Source: Lama glama (taxonomy: Eukaryota). From it: a stretch of DNA of 64,000 nt. The notes below the pieces were generated by a model. That model saw only the letters and a list, made by a program, of their open reading frames with translations, had not been told where the DNA came from and did no database searches. Numbering within the stretch: position 1 is the stretch's first letter; each line of letters opens with the position of its first letter. Position numbers and translations under genes: made by a program. This document shows positions 1 through 11,126 of the stretch, piece after piece. The stretch is from assembly GCA_028534125.1 (NCBI GenBank), contig CM052817.1, positions 61,940,001 through 62,004,000 of the forward strand, read 5' to 3'.

Positions 1-480
1 TTTCACGTTCCCGGGGTCACGCACAGTCATCACGAGTTAGTGTCCTGTGCTTTGGTCTGTTCTGGTTCTTCCTTGTTTGTAGGTGGAAAGGCGCTGAAAG
101 AAGTCCAGTTTTTTAAACTTGAATAATTCTGTCATTACATCTCCTTAGAAAACTTAGTCACATCGCAGTGGAAATGAAAGAAGTGGCATCAGAAGTGGCT
201 TAATTTAGCAGCTGTGATTCCTTTTGTAAAACAAAACAGAAAAACAATGCCACATTTCTTGGAGAACAGTTAGAATATATAAGGGATTTTGTTGTCTGTC
301 TGTTTCAAAAGAAGACTCACTTGTGTTCTTTTGGGGAACCAGTGCCTTACTGAGTTTGTATTGTATATACTGTAATTATTCAGGACTAGGGAACAAACAG
401 TTGTATTTGTTACAAATTGTATATGGCTTTGTTCTAACATTCCCCCCAATAAAACGGTTTCATTCTCGCCTTGGAAAGAA
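1..480 (+). other. BMPR1B: Terminal part of the 3' UTR of a convergent gene, probably BMPR1B
   Basis: AU-rich non-coding sequence with TGTA motifs (357, 362, 371, 402, 418), AATAAA at 448-453 and a U/GU-rich stretch downstream. Identity is inferred from the known tail-to-tail BMPR1B-UNC5C synteny in mammals; no BMPR1B coding exon is in the window. Confidence 0.7.
448..453 (+). terminator. Polyadenylation signal AATAAA of the plus-strand gene
   Basis: AATAAA with several upstream UGUA (CFIm-type) motifs and downstream gtctgtt / ctttttttcc. Confidence 0.7.
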
Positions 481-3174
481 CAAGTCTGTTACAGTTGGGC
501 CTTTTTTTCCTCTTCAAAAATAGGCGGGAAAGGCAGCCGAGGAGAGCGGTGCCGGTAAGTCTGTACCTTTGGTGGCAGGAGAGCAAGACAGAAGGTCCAA
601 GGGCTCTGGTTCTGTCTGGTTCGGAGGCACAGTTGTCTGTGGGAGAGAGGAAAGGTGGAGAAGTCGGTGGTCTGACAGGAGTGACAAGGTTTACAATTGC
701 GTTGTGGGCGATCACAGAGGGATGGTGGCCACGCCAGGGGTGCTAACTGCATGGCTCAGTGGCTGAGCTGTGGCCTCTGGACCCTCAGACAGCCGCGTGA
801 GTCCAGGCGTGCTCATCTGCTCGGTTCTGTGACGGTGGGTGTGTCTTGACCTCTTGGCTCAATTTCTTTCCCTTGCAGATAAGAAGATACCTCTCTCTGC
901 TGTGTGCGGCGGTTCTGAAGAGGAAGTGAAATGATCCATGTGCCAAGCATGAGGTAAGCGCTCGACTACTACTGAATAGTAGCTGTTACTACAGACTCCT
1001 TGTGACACTCTTTGCAAAGCTTTATGACTTAACTTTTTCATCAGTGACCCAAAACAGGCGTGGAGACTGTGGCCTGGGTTCATTTAGGGGAGGCGCAAGG
1101 CGTCAGGCCCAGGCAGCAAGGGTCATGGGAGATCAGAATTACCACCCTTGGGGGTGGCTCACATGGTCCAGGGGTGGGAGGTGATGAAAGAGAAGGCAGC
1201 TGATAGGCTGAAAGAAGCAGGTCAAAGGACAGGGAGCTGCGCCGGGGTGGAGGGGGTGGGGGGGTTGTGGGCACAGTTCCTGGGAAGGGGGCTGTGTTCA
1301 GAGGCAAGACTCCAAAGATGGAGCAGCCGGACTGAGGACAGGCTGAAGGTGTGACTAGAGGGGTAGGCGGATTTAGTTAGCAGACAAGATTGTTGGTGAT
1401 GAAAGAGCAAGCCAAATACCAGGCCTGCAGATCTGTCTCTGGATTTTGAAGCCTCCGGGGATGGCGGCAGTCCAGTGGCGAGAAGGTTGCGAGGTGAGAT
1501 TCTCCAGGGCTGCAGAAGCAGCGGGGTGGAAGCGGAGACAGGCCGGTGGGGCCTGCCGGCCTGACGTACGGGGGAGCAGGGCCCCGTGCATGGGCGGCGA
1601 CCTGGAAGCAGCCCAACAGTATGGGAGAGACCCTGTCCCCCCGCAGCTATGAGGTCCCTGGGCTGTGGGACCACGCGGGTGTTGCTGGGGTTTCTGAGCC
1701 AGCGCCCGAGAAGAGAAGACCCTCTGCGGGGAGAGGGGGAAAGTGTTAGACTGTTTTTCCGGGGACTGGACCTCCTGGAGGGCCGAGTGGAAAGCGTGGT
1801 TTGGAGGGCATCCTTGGGAGGCGGGTGAGGAGAGAGGGAACCCAGCACGGGATGGGCACGGACAGCACAGGAAAGCGTGCATCTCAGCTACCAGGGGCTC
1901 CCGGGTTTTTGTGTGATTGGCCGTGTTTAGGCAGCTGCACTTTTGCCCAGAGAATTCGTCCCAGCATTAGGACTCAAGATTTTACTCCCACCCGTGGTTT
2001 CACTTTCTCAGCTCTGGGGCAGTACACTGGGACCCTGCCTCACAGGGCTCTTGGGAGGAACAGGCAGGGTGACTGTGTGAAGCTCGTGGTGACTCGGGCC
2101 AGGCTCACAGCAGGTGCTTGTAAATGCTGGTCTCCTCCCTGGTGCTAGTTTCACAGGATATAAAGCTAGTGACATTTACAACAAGCCAGAGTCTGCTGTG
2201 GGGACACCTCTCCCTGCCTCCCTGCACCCCTCTTCTGTATGCTGTGGGCCTCCCAGGACTCAAAGGCCGATGGGACTTTTAAGTTGCAACCCAGCTGAGG
2301 TGAATAGGGTCTTCTCTTGGGACTTTTAAGTTGCAACCTTGGTTCCTTCAGGTCACAGCAGGGTACAGGTGACCCCGCTCTCAGAACCTCGCTCCCTGCA
2401 GAGCAGTTCCTGCCCTGGGTGGTGGCATTCACTGGCTGGAGGGAGCCCTGGGCTGAGGAGGGTCTGAGCCTGCCTGTGCTGCTGCAGAGAGCCCACGTCC
2501 CAGAGCTTTCCAGTGACCGCAACCAGAGAGGGGCTCGGGCATGGACCTCACGGACTTGACTTGGAGGGTGTGTGTGCCCTTTGCTGGGTTTGGTTTTCCC
2601 TATGGGAATCCCGGCCTCCAAAGCAGGGCCCAGCGGACGGTCATGGGCTGAGTCTGCGCCACTGTGAGCTTGCTGTGAGCAGTGCTGTTTTGTTCTTTAA
2701 TTGAATTTCTATTCTTCGAATGGAGCTAAATTCCCAGCCGCGGGACCCGCTCCTCCCTTCTCTTTTACCCAGGTTCTATTTCACACGTGGCCACCACTTC
2801 CTCAGCCCGGACACACAGCCAGCTCTGTGACCGGGCTGGACTGAGTCTGAGGTCCGGGGGCACCGCTGCTCCCCGAGGCTGTGAGGCTGAGGAGGGGCTG
2901 GGGCGGGAGCAGCCCACACAGTCCTCTCACTAAGGATGGGGCCACCATGTGTCCACTGCACACTTGGAGCCTTTCTCTGGCTCATCACCCTGACCAGGGG
3001 GGCTGGCTGTCCTGGAGCAAGTTGAACAGGCCTGCTTGGGCCTCCCGTTCCCGGTGCCCCATTCATTTCCTACCTGCTGGTGCGGCTGTTGGCAGACTTC
3101 CTTTAAGTTGGGGTCTCAGAGCATTGGGCTCCCACTCCTCCTCCCTGGGGCCTCCTGACCAGCCGTCCCCAGAC

Positions 3175-3345
3175 GTCCTTCTCCCCCTTAACTGCTCACT
3201 GGTCTCCCAAGAGCTTAGAAAAACTCCCACCGCCCAGGCTACACCCCAGACCCATGAATTCAGATTCTCTAAGAGTGAGGTCCAGGCAGTGGTATTTTTT
3301 AGATCTCCTAGGGTGATTCCGAGTGTGGAGAGGCCTGAGATGCAT
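3175..3345 (+). mobile_element. MER5A1-like hAT-Charlie MITE (degenerate)
   Basis: caccccagacccatgaattcagattctct...tccaggcagtggtattttttagatctcctagggtgattcc resembles the MER5A/MER5A1 core; ends approximate. Confidence 0.65.
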
Positions 3346-3512
3346 CGTTCTAGAATCTCACTGTGGCCCCCGGAGAGGCTGTGATGACCATCCCTGCAGA
3401 ATCCAGCAGGCTTTCTGTCTTACTGAAGGAACACAGTGTGAGTCTTCACACAGAGGAGGCTTTGTTACAAAGAAACAGGGGAGGCGGGACTCTCTGTTGC
3501 TTATAAATATAA

Positions 3513-3518
3513 TTTATT
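3513..3518 (-). terminator. UNC5C: Distal UNC5C polyadenylation signal AATAAA
   Basis: Plus-strand tttatt; minus strand reads ...TGTATAAAATGTAAG...GGTAATAAATTATATTTATAAGC, with upstream UGUA motifs. Confidence 0.6.
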
Positions 3519-6500
3519 ACCTGTTTAAAAATTCTTCCTTACATTTTATACATGGTGGCTGACAGAATAAATGCAGGCAAATTTACAAACCCAGGGTCTG
3601 CAGGAAAGACGGGGAGAGGCAGCCGGCGAGAGGGGAGAGGCATGGCCAGGCGGGCATCCCTCACCCCCGCCGCGGACAGATCGCCCAGAGAGCACGTGTC
3701 CGCCGGGGAGCTTCTGGAAAAGGAATTGCATAGAAGGTGCAGCAGGAGGGAATTCCACAAAAGAAGTGTTCTGTATCTGAAAAGCCAAGGTCGTGTTGTG
3801 TTTAAAGAAAGAAATCCAACAAAGTACAGAACCTTAATCTGACATTTCTGCGGTTGAACTGTTCCACGGGGAATAGCAGGTGCCCGACACGCTCTTCACA
3901 GCGGACTGCTGGGGAGTTTTCTCTGACACACTCTGCTTCTCTTCTTTAGAAAGGGCAAAGAGGGAGGCCACCGACTTGCAACAGGTCAACATTAAACTCA
4001 GTGAACACATACAACACTGTGACATCCAACACACACATACATACACACGCACGCACAGAGGTGATATTCCCTGCCACCGGGCTACGTGCGTTCTGTCTGG
4101 AGGGTGAGGGAATCCCTTCCAAGGGGCGACCTGGGAAGGGGTGAAGGCGAGAGTGCAAATTGCACTCAGCTTGTCCTGATCGCGGTCCTCTTTCTTTCCC
4201 AGAGCCTGGAGGAGTTTGCATTTGAATGTATATATACCCCTGCATTTACAGGTGTCATAGGGACCCTGAGCATATAAAAGGGCGAAGGCATTTCCCACTG
4301 GCTGTAGATTTTGTGCTCTTTCATGCTGTTCTAAACAGGCACAACACCCAGGACATACTGCTCAGGTCATGATTCTCTGAGGTTGTGCTGATGATCAGAG
4401 GTCAAGGGCTCATCAATTCTTAGGCTGCTGATCAGCAAAATTTGCCTACGATTCACGTTCTAAACTCCAGAACTGAGGGTTATTTCACCCCAGGTCGGTG
4501 CCATCGGGTTTAGCAGCAGCTCTGATTAGTGCCAAGCCCAGCAGAGCTTTGGAATTTAAGGTTGGGATGTAGGATTAAAGCATATTTGTAAAAGATCCTG
4601 AAGTGTTAATGGCCTTCAGCAATGCATCCTTTCGCTGAGGCACAATCTGAAATGGCACGTTAGCAGGCTGGTGTACAGGAGCAGAGGCTTCAGCTGGTGG
4701 GCAGCTGACTGTGTCTCAGGGCACCGTTCTTGTTTTCCACTCAACAGCTGGTAGGCCAAGACTCTCGTGACGTTCTGCAGGGATTCCTGACTTGGGATTC
4801 TGGAAGATCTCTGGACAGACCTTGCGCTGTGCAAGAGTGTAAGTACACGGCAGGCTGGGAAGCAGCCTCTGACACCCGCTTGGTTTTGTGTGCTCGTGCA
4901 TTTGTGCAGGCCTGTCTGTCTGCCCTCCTGGCAGCACCTCCCCTCTGTGTTAAAATAGGGCGAGGCGTGTATGTTACATGTGGTTGAATGAGCCCGTTAA
5001 TATCCTACCTGGAGATCAACACAGGGAGGTGACAAGCCCACTGTAAAGAGAGCCATGAACTTTTCTGAAGACAGATGTTTAGAGTAGGATTTCCGAAAAT
5101 GAGGGCAAGCACACAAGGCTAAGACTAAAGGATCAGGAAGTTAATTGTTAGTCTGAGGGGAAACCCGCCCGGTGACATACAAGGCCATCTCCCTACTTTT
5201 GAAAAATAGTTGGTTTCAGTCATGAATTCTGGAAATATTTATGATTCCATTTGGCTTACTTGACCTGTATGGACACAGGCTTAATTTAACAAAGGTTACT
5301 ATGTATTTATTCCCCTTATGCGTTATTCCATTAAAAAGATCATTAGCGATGCAAGGGAACTATTTCAAAGTGATCATTACAGCCAGAGATTAAACAGATA
5401 GATTTCTTGGGGTAAAGAAATTGCACTCCATTGCACAGAGGCAAAGTTCTGAGGATTTCAGTCAACACTAGCTCAGTCAGGTTTAAAAAAAAATACACAC
5501 ACACAAACAATCCAAAGAAGCAAAGTGTAACAGTTGGTCCTATGAGGCGCTCGAAAGGTGAATCAATGTTGTATTTCTTTGAGATAATCAATAATAAAAA
5601 TATTTTCCTTATGGGATCCATAAAATCTAATGCTCCTTGACCCTTATAATCATCTTTACAAATAACTGGCTTTGAGCAAAGGCATTCTGATTCACAAAAG
5701 CTCCTCTGTTCTCAAAGAAGATGGATAAAACCTAACTTCACTTTGGCTGTTTCCAGCCATCCTGTCTCTCATCGGCTTTGGCCTTGCACTGAGCTTCTCC
5801 GTGCGAAACTGCTAACTTGTCGAGAACAACTGTTCAGCAAAAGCCAAAGCTCCCATTCAAGCTGAAGACTGAAAACTCGACAAGTGAATGTCTTCTACCT
5901 ACTTGGCGCTCTCCTGCAGGTCAGTACTTTTACTTGCTTTGCCTCCATGGGGGCGGAGCGTGTAGCGGCAAAGGCTTGTGAGTTCTGGGGAGACGGGTGT
6001 TCAGCGGCTGCCTTCCTCGGACGTGACTGCCAGAGGGGTAAGCAGACCAGGAGCACAGTGGCTGTGTCCCTAACAGGGACACACGGAAGCAAGAGCCTTG
6101 TCTGCTGCTCTCCGGAAGTCAGAAATCTCGATTCTACCATTGGGATGTTTACTTTGAAGGTATTTCACTTATAGGAGAAACACCTCTGTGAAAACACTGC
6201 TGACTGTGGTTTCCAGGGTGCTGTGGACTCAGTCTCCATGATGTCTCCCTGAAGAACGGTTCTATGGTTTGAGTGCTGGGAGGTTAAAGTCTACAAAGTA
6301 ACATTATGTATAAAAATGGCTGCTGGCTGTGCACTTCAGTCACGGACGTCTCACCCCAAATGCGGCCCTGCTTTAGAGGCGCTTACATGGCTCATGTAAG
6401 GATGGGGATTTTTCTGCATAGCTGAGGTGAGCATCCCCGCCTGTGTTCATGCTGTTTATGAAAAGGCTGTTGGCTGTGAGCACCTCGGTGTTACATATTT

Positions 6501-7128
6501 GGCATCGCCTTGTGCCCAGTTATCAGTTCTGAATCTAACTTCTGTTCCTCCCAAATCACTTTAAGGAAATCTGCATGAGTTTGGTGAGAGGAAAATGAAA
6601 ACAGAATGAAACCTCTGCCTTTAGATCTCCAAATTCAGAAGAAAGGAAGCTAATTTCTTCTCCTTGAGTAACAACCACAATTTTCGCTTCATTGGACATA
6701 ATACTTTCATTTGCATATATAAACCTTATTTCTAAGTGGATGCTTCTTCCACTCCAAAACTAATTGTTAGAGAACTAAAAGAAAGATGATTTAAAACACA
6801 TAAAGCCCAATGAAAAATATAAGTGTTAAGAACAACTCTTTAAAAACTGTTTTGTAAAGATTGATATGTATTTCTATTATTTCTATAACCAAAATCCAAC
6901 TTGAGACACGTTGTGTATCAATGAGTAACATACTAGGTTCATAATGACATAATTTTTGATATGGGAAATTCAAGTGAAAAAATGTGAGAATAAGACAACT
7001 GTACTTGAAGTGAGCCTTTCCCCACACCTGTTTGTCATAAAGGTCCTGTTGACTCTACAGGTTTTCTTTTCTTTTGTCAGACAGCTTTTCCTGAGTTTTT
7101 CTACCAAACTCAGGGTAGATAGTGTTGT

Positions 7129-7147
7129 CTACCACTAGATGGCACCA
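7129..7147 (+). promoter_or_regulatory. Candidate CTCF binding motif
   Basis: ctaCCACTAGATGGCACca closely matches the CTCF core CCASYAGRKGGCRS. Confidence 0.5.
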
Positions 7148-8759
7148 GGCACAAGTGATAGATTTTTTTTTTTTCCTTCCAGATGAAGTCAGCAGCTCTT
7201 TCCTCACAAGCTACATAGAAGCGCTAGGAATTAAAGGCAGGATGTGTCACGGAAGGGCTGATGAAGTAACTCCCCATGTGCTGAACTATTGAGTCTGCAC
7301 CTTCTGCATTTGAGAGCAACCTAACAGCTGGTACTTCACTCCTTACAAGAAGGAAATCAGAACTTGCAGTGAAAATTATTTGATATAAATGTGTTGGACA
7401 TACGGACATGGACATTCAGTCGATAGGGAACATGACATGATGGGGTCCATGACAGATAAGTACCTCACTTACAGGGAATCAACTGTGCGTCCCGTTTCAG
7501 GCGCTGAGATGTAGAACCAAAAAACACGAAGCACCTGAAGGGAACCCCTAAGGCCCTCAATGGCTTCGAAAATGCAGTTCCTGCTAGCTTCTGTATTTCT
7601 GTTGATGATCTTTTAAGTCAGTTTTGAAATTGATTTATCTGGATACTATCTATTTGCTCCTTTCTCCTTTCTCCTTTTTGCTTTTTTTTTTTTAAAGATT
7701 TCTAATTGTTGACTTCCACAGATGAGAGTGGCCCAAACCAGTAATAAGCAATCTTGAGAAGTTATTTCAAGATGCAGCAATGGACAATAACTTTCTTTTC
7801 TCCTCCTCATTTTTAAAAATTATATATTTAAAATTTGTTTTATGTAGAATAGCTTTACTGTCTTTTGGTCACATATGCATTGCTGTAAATGTATTACTAT
7901 CCACTGAACTTGTTTATTCGTGCAGTCTTTCCCTTTCACAACCAGTGTAATGTATTTTTATATGTGGTACAGGGAGTGGCCTGAAAGAGAGACTGGGCTG
8001 TATCTCTGAGACAGAAGAGAAGAAATGAAAGGTATGAAAGAAAAAGCTCCCTAGCAAAGTATTAAGTTTCTCAATGATGAGGATGGAGGAACCTGGGAAT
8101 ATCAAAAGTTACCAAAATAGTTAGGAGAGGAAATTATATGTGGAAAGAAGGGGGAAAATGTATAACATTATTTCTAAATCAAATCCAGCCAGCAATCTCG
8201 ATACCTTCATCCCAAAAGTAAACCACAGCTATGTTTTGAAAGTTCTGATTCATACGTATGGGTGCTTGTTGTTCAGTCTTGGTTTGGCTCCTGACTCTTT
8301 ATTTCCCACCTGCTGAATGAATGGTGTCTCTGTGTTAAAACAAAGAGCCTGTGGTCCTAAGGAAATATCATAGTTACAAAAAGTAGTCTGGTGACTGACT
8401 ATTTTTCAGTTAAAAAATTTTTTTAATTAAAAAATTTTTAACCAAAACAGTAATAGAAGATAATTTGCAACTAGTCAGAAAGGCAAGTGGTCCCAAGAGA
8501 GGAAAGAAAGTGATGATTAAGGGATGTCATCTCCGGGTGAACAGCATGATGCAATGACACAAAGACGAGACTTGAAAGCATAACAAATATGTTACAAGTT
8601 AGAATAATCATCTTCAAAGTTGGAGCTACTTGAAAGGCATAACGTAGCCTGGGCAAAAGAGAGGGTGATTCTTTAAATGATCCAGGTCAGCGTCCATTGT
8701 GGTCTTCACAGTGATGAATGAGACCGGAGGCATCACAGTGGAAGTCCAGCATTTTTGAA

Positions 8760-8895
8760 TCTTGAGTGGATCTAATCCTACCCCTTCTACAGGTGAGGAG
8801 ACTGAGGTCCAGTGAGGGTAAACGACTCTCCCAAGGTAGCACAGCTAGGCAACAAGAAACCCAGAATGAGAACTGGTTTCCTGATTTCCAGGTCA
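8760..8895 (-). mobile_element. MIR SINE inside the UNC5C 3' UTR
   Basis: MIR core: ttctacaggtgaggagactgaggtccagtgagggtaaacgactctcccaaggtagcacagctag. Confidence 0.75.
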
Positions 8896-10055
8896 GAAGC
8901 TGTCCCTCCAACCACACTGCCTCCACAGCAGACAGAGGACCAACGGGCGGCGTGTGGGGCCACGTGACCACAATACCGAGTGAGCCTTCCTGGAGGTGCG
9001 TCCCATGACAAGACTCAGGACAAAGCCCCTTCCTGAGCACGTGGAAGTCAGCACGCATGACACCTTTCCAGTACAGAGCGGTGGGAGAAAGGTAAGAGGT
9101 CAAGGAAGCGACGCCTGTTTAATTAAAATGGTGACCACGCCCACCCTGTTGCGTGAGAAGGTGCGCGGATCTAGTCAATAGCTAAACGCTAACAGTACTG
9201 CTAACAAAACAGAAGTTAAAGAAAATCCTTGTACTAGAATACTTGTAAATACTCATCAATAATAATAATGATAATACCTTTAAAAAAACACTTCAAATTG
9301 CATATTACAAACACACATGTTGTGAAGAAACGCTTGTTCGTGTGGCTGAACATGAATCACTGTCTTCCTGCGAGGCTACAGCTTTACTCCCCGAGGGCAG
9401 GAGGTGGGCGCCCTCAGGGAATAAGGCGGCTTAGCTATTTCTCCTTTACACTTAGATTCTCCACGTCCCTGATACAGACAGTAACACGGGTTCTACAAGT
9501 TCTAGAAACAGAACACTGACGGGAAGTTTATCTGAGACACTTGATGCACACGATTTGTAGGAAAAGTCTGTGATGTCTCTGTAAGTTACTAATCTGAGAG
9601 AGACACAGCAAACCATCCACAGCTTCAACTCCAAATGATTTAAACAAAAATAGAACGAGCCATGGACAATGTCTGCATCCCTGTCCAATTTGATGTAAAC
9701 AACGTTTGTAGAAACTGGGTTTGTTAAGAAAGTTTATCCATATATCTGGATAGCAATAAAAAGCGTTTCCTAGGAAACTGTAAGATCCTGTACCACACAG
9801 CATACAGCCCAACTAAGAGGAAAATTAGGTTGATTTCTAAATTCAAGATACACATTTGTACAACTGTTCTTAACTCCGGTGACGACGTCCAAGCCGGGCG
9901 GCCATGGGTAGCGGCAGTCGCCTGCCCGCCTTCTCTCCGCCGTGGCCTGGCCTGTGGCGCTCACTGGTCCCGGCTGGGCTTCCTGCTCAGCCGCACTCCC
10001 CTGGGCGGCCGCAGCCCCTGTGATTCTCGTCCTGCACTTTCAGCCCCAGCCTGGG

Positions 10056-10221
10056 TCAATACTGCCCTTCGGCTGCGAGAGACACTACTGTTTCGTGTCT
10101 TCCCATTTCTTCCAAGACAGCTGCCAGCACACTCAGGTTTCCATCGGGGAAGTTCTGCGCTTCCCAAAGATCCAGGATGACGCCAGTTGGGCTTGACTTG
10201 GTGGCAAAGTAATTCAAGTAC
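10056..10221 (-). CDS. UNC5C: UNC5C exon 16, coding part (death domain C-terminus): (R)[54 protein letters not shown]
   Basis: Translated by hand; acceptor cacag|G at 10222/10221, stop TGA 10058-10056, 166 nt, phase fits exon 15. Confidence 0.97.
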
Positions 10222-10947
10222 CTGTGAATGGTAACGGGAAGATGTGCTGAACGGTGTGATTTATGGACCTAGTTTCCTTTCAGTTTTTAATAAACCTCTT
10301 TGTGTCTGCATTTCTTTAAGCATCCTGGTCCCACTTGAGAAACTGTTGCTTACAGTGAGCCATCCTCAATAACTAGCTCGCTCTTAATTACATCAGCCCC
10401 AGACAGGAGACGTGATGTTTAACTTTGTTAACCTCAACTCTGAGTAAGATAATTTAAGAGACAAGATGTCTACGGGTCACATCCTAAACAGGAAATCAAG
10501 AGACATGTGTTTTCTTACCAGCCCAGGCTCTGAGCATCTTTGACAAGTCACACCACGCCTTTTGGTTGGTAGTGATGGCAACGTCCTACAAAGCAGCTCC
10601 TGAGGTCTTTTTATAACTTAATAGCAATGCTGTGTTTAGCACGTTACTTACCCATCCAGCATTAGGTCCTGCTCAACAGAGGAGGAGGGACAATAGCTAC
10701 TGAATGGATGTATTATTTAGGAGGACTTAACTCCCCAGCTTTGCAAAGTGGACTACAAAACTTGATCCTTAAATACATCAGATAAGCCCAGGATGTCTCT
10801 CAACGTGTCTGCAAGACCACAGTGCCAGATACAAGGTAACAGCTTAATACATGTTGGTGGAAAGTAAGTAAATCTACAGGTGGGAAAAAAGGAATGTTGC
10901 CCAAAACAGCCTGACAGTTACAAGTCCTGGAGCCTGGCCACACCCAC

Positions 10948-11126
10948 CTGTCCAGGTTTAGCTTGTGGGCCAGCATCCTCCAGTCATGACCCCTGGTCTG
11001 CGGGGCGTCCAGGCTGCTGCAGAGCTTCTGCCGGATCGGCGGAGGGATGCTGAAAGCGCTGGGGCCCGTCATGGTGGTGATGGTGCTGGCTGGATCCAGC
11101 AGAGGCAGATCGATGCCAGTAGGTTC
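10948..11126 (-). CDS. UNC5C: UNC5C exon 15 (linker and death domain start): [60 protein letters not shown]
   Basis: Within ORF 10800..11141; acceptor ctacag|GAA, donor AG|gtgggt, 179 nt. Confidence 0.97.

Larger units (their letters stand above)
3495..10055 (-). other. UNC5C: UNC5C long 3' UTR (~6.5 kb, inferred)
   Basis: Runs from the TGA stop (10056-10058) to a minus-strand AATAAA at 3513-3518. The length is similar to the long human UNC5C 3' UTR as I recall it; the end point is inferred. Confidence 0.65.

Noticed and set aside
1222..1882. Long overlapping ORFs (208 aa, 169 aa) in the intergenic gap
   Set aside because: Low-complexity Pro/Arg/Ser translations typical of stop-poor GC-rich DNA; no recognisable domain, and open in several frames on both strands.
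2271..2338. Repeat-spacer-repeat resembling a mini CRISPR array
   Set aside because: Only two repeats, mammalian context, no cas genes.
9987..10058. Possible stop-codon read-through of UNC5C
   Set aside because: The context is TGA CCC, not the TGA CTAG read-through motif; the extension would be short and featureless.
11073..11075. Apparent T835M Alzheimer's allele as wild type
   Set aside because: Codon counting from the exon 15 start puts Thr (ACC) at 835 and the Met at 836.
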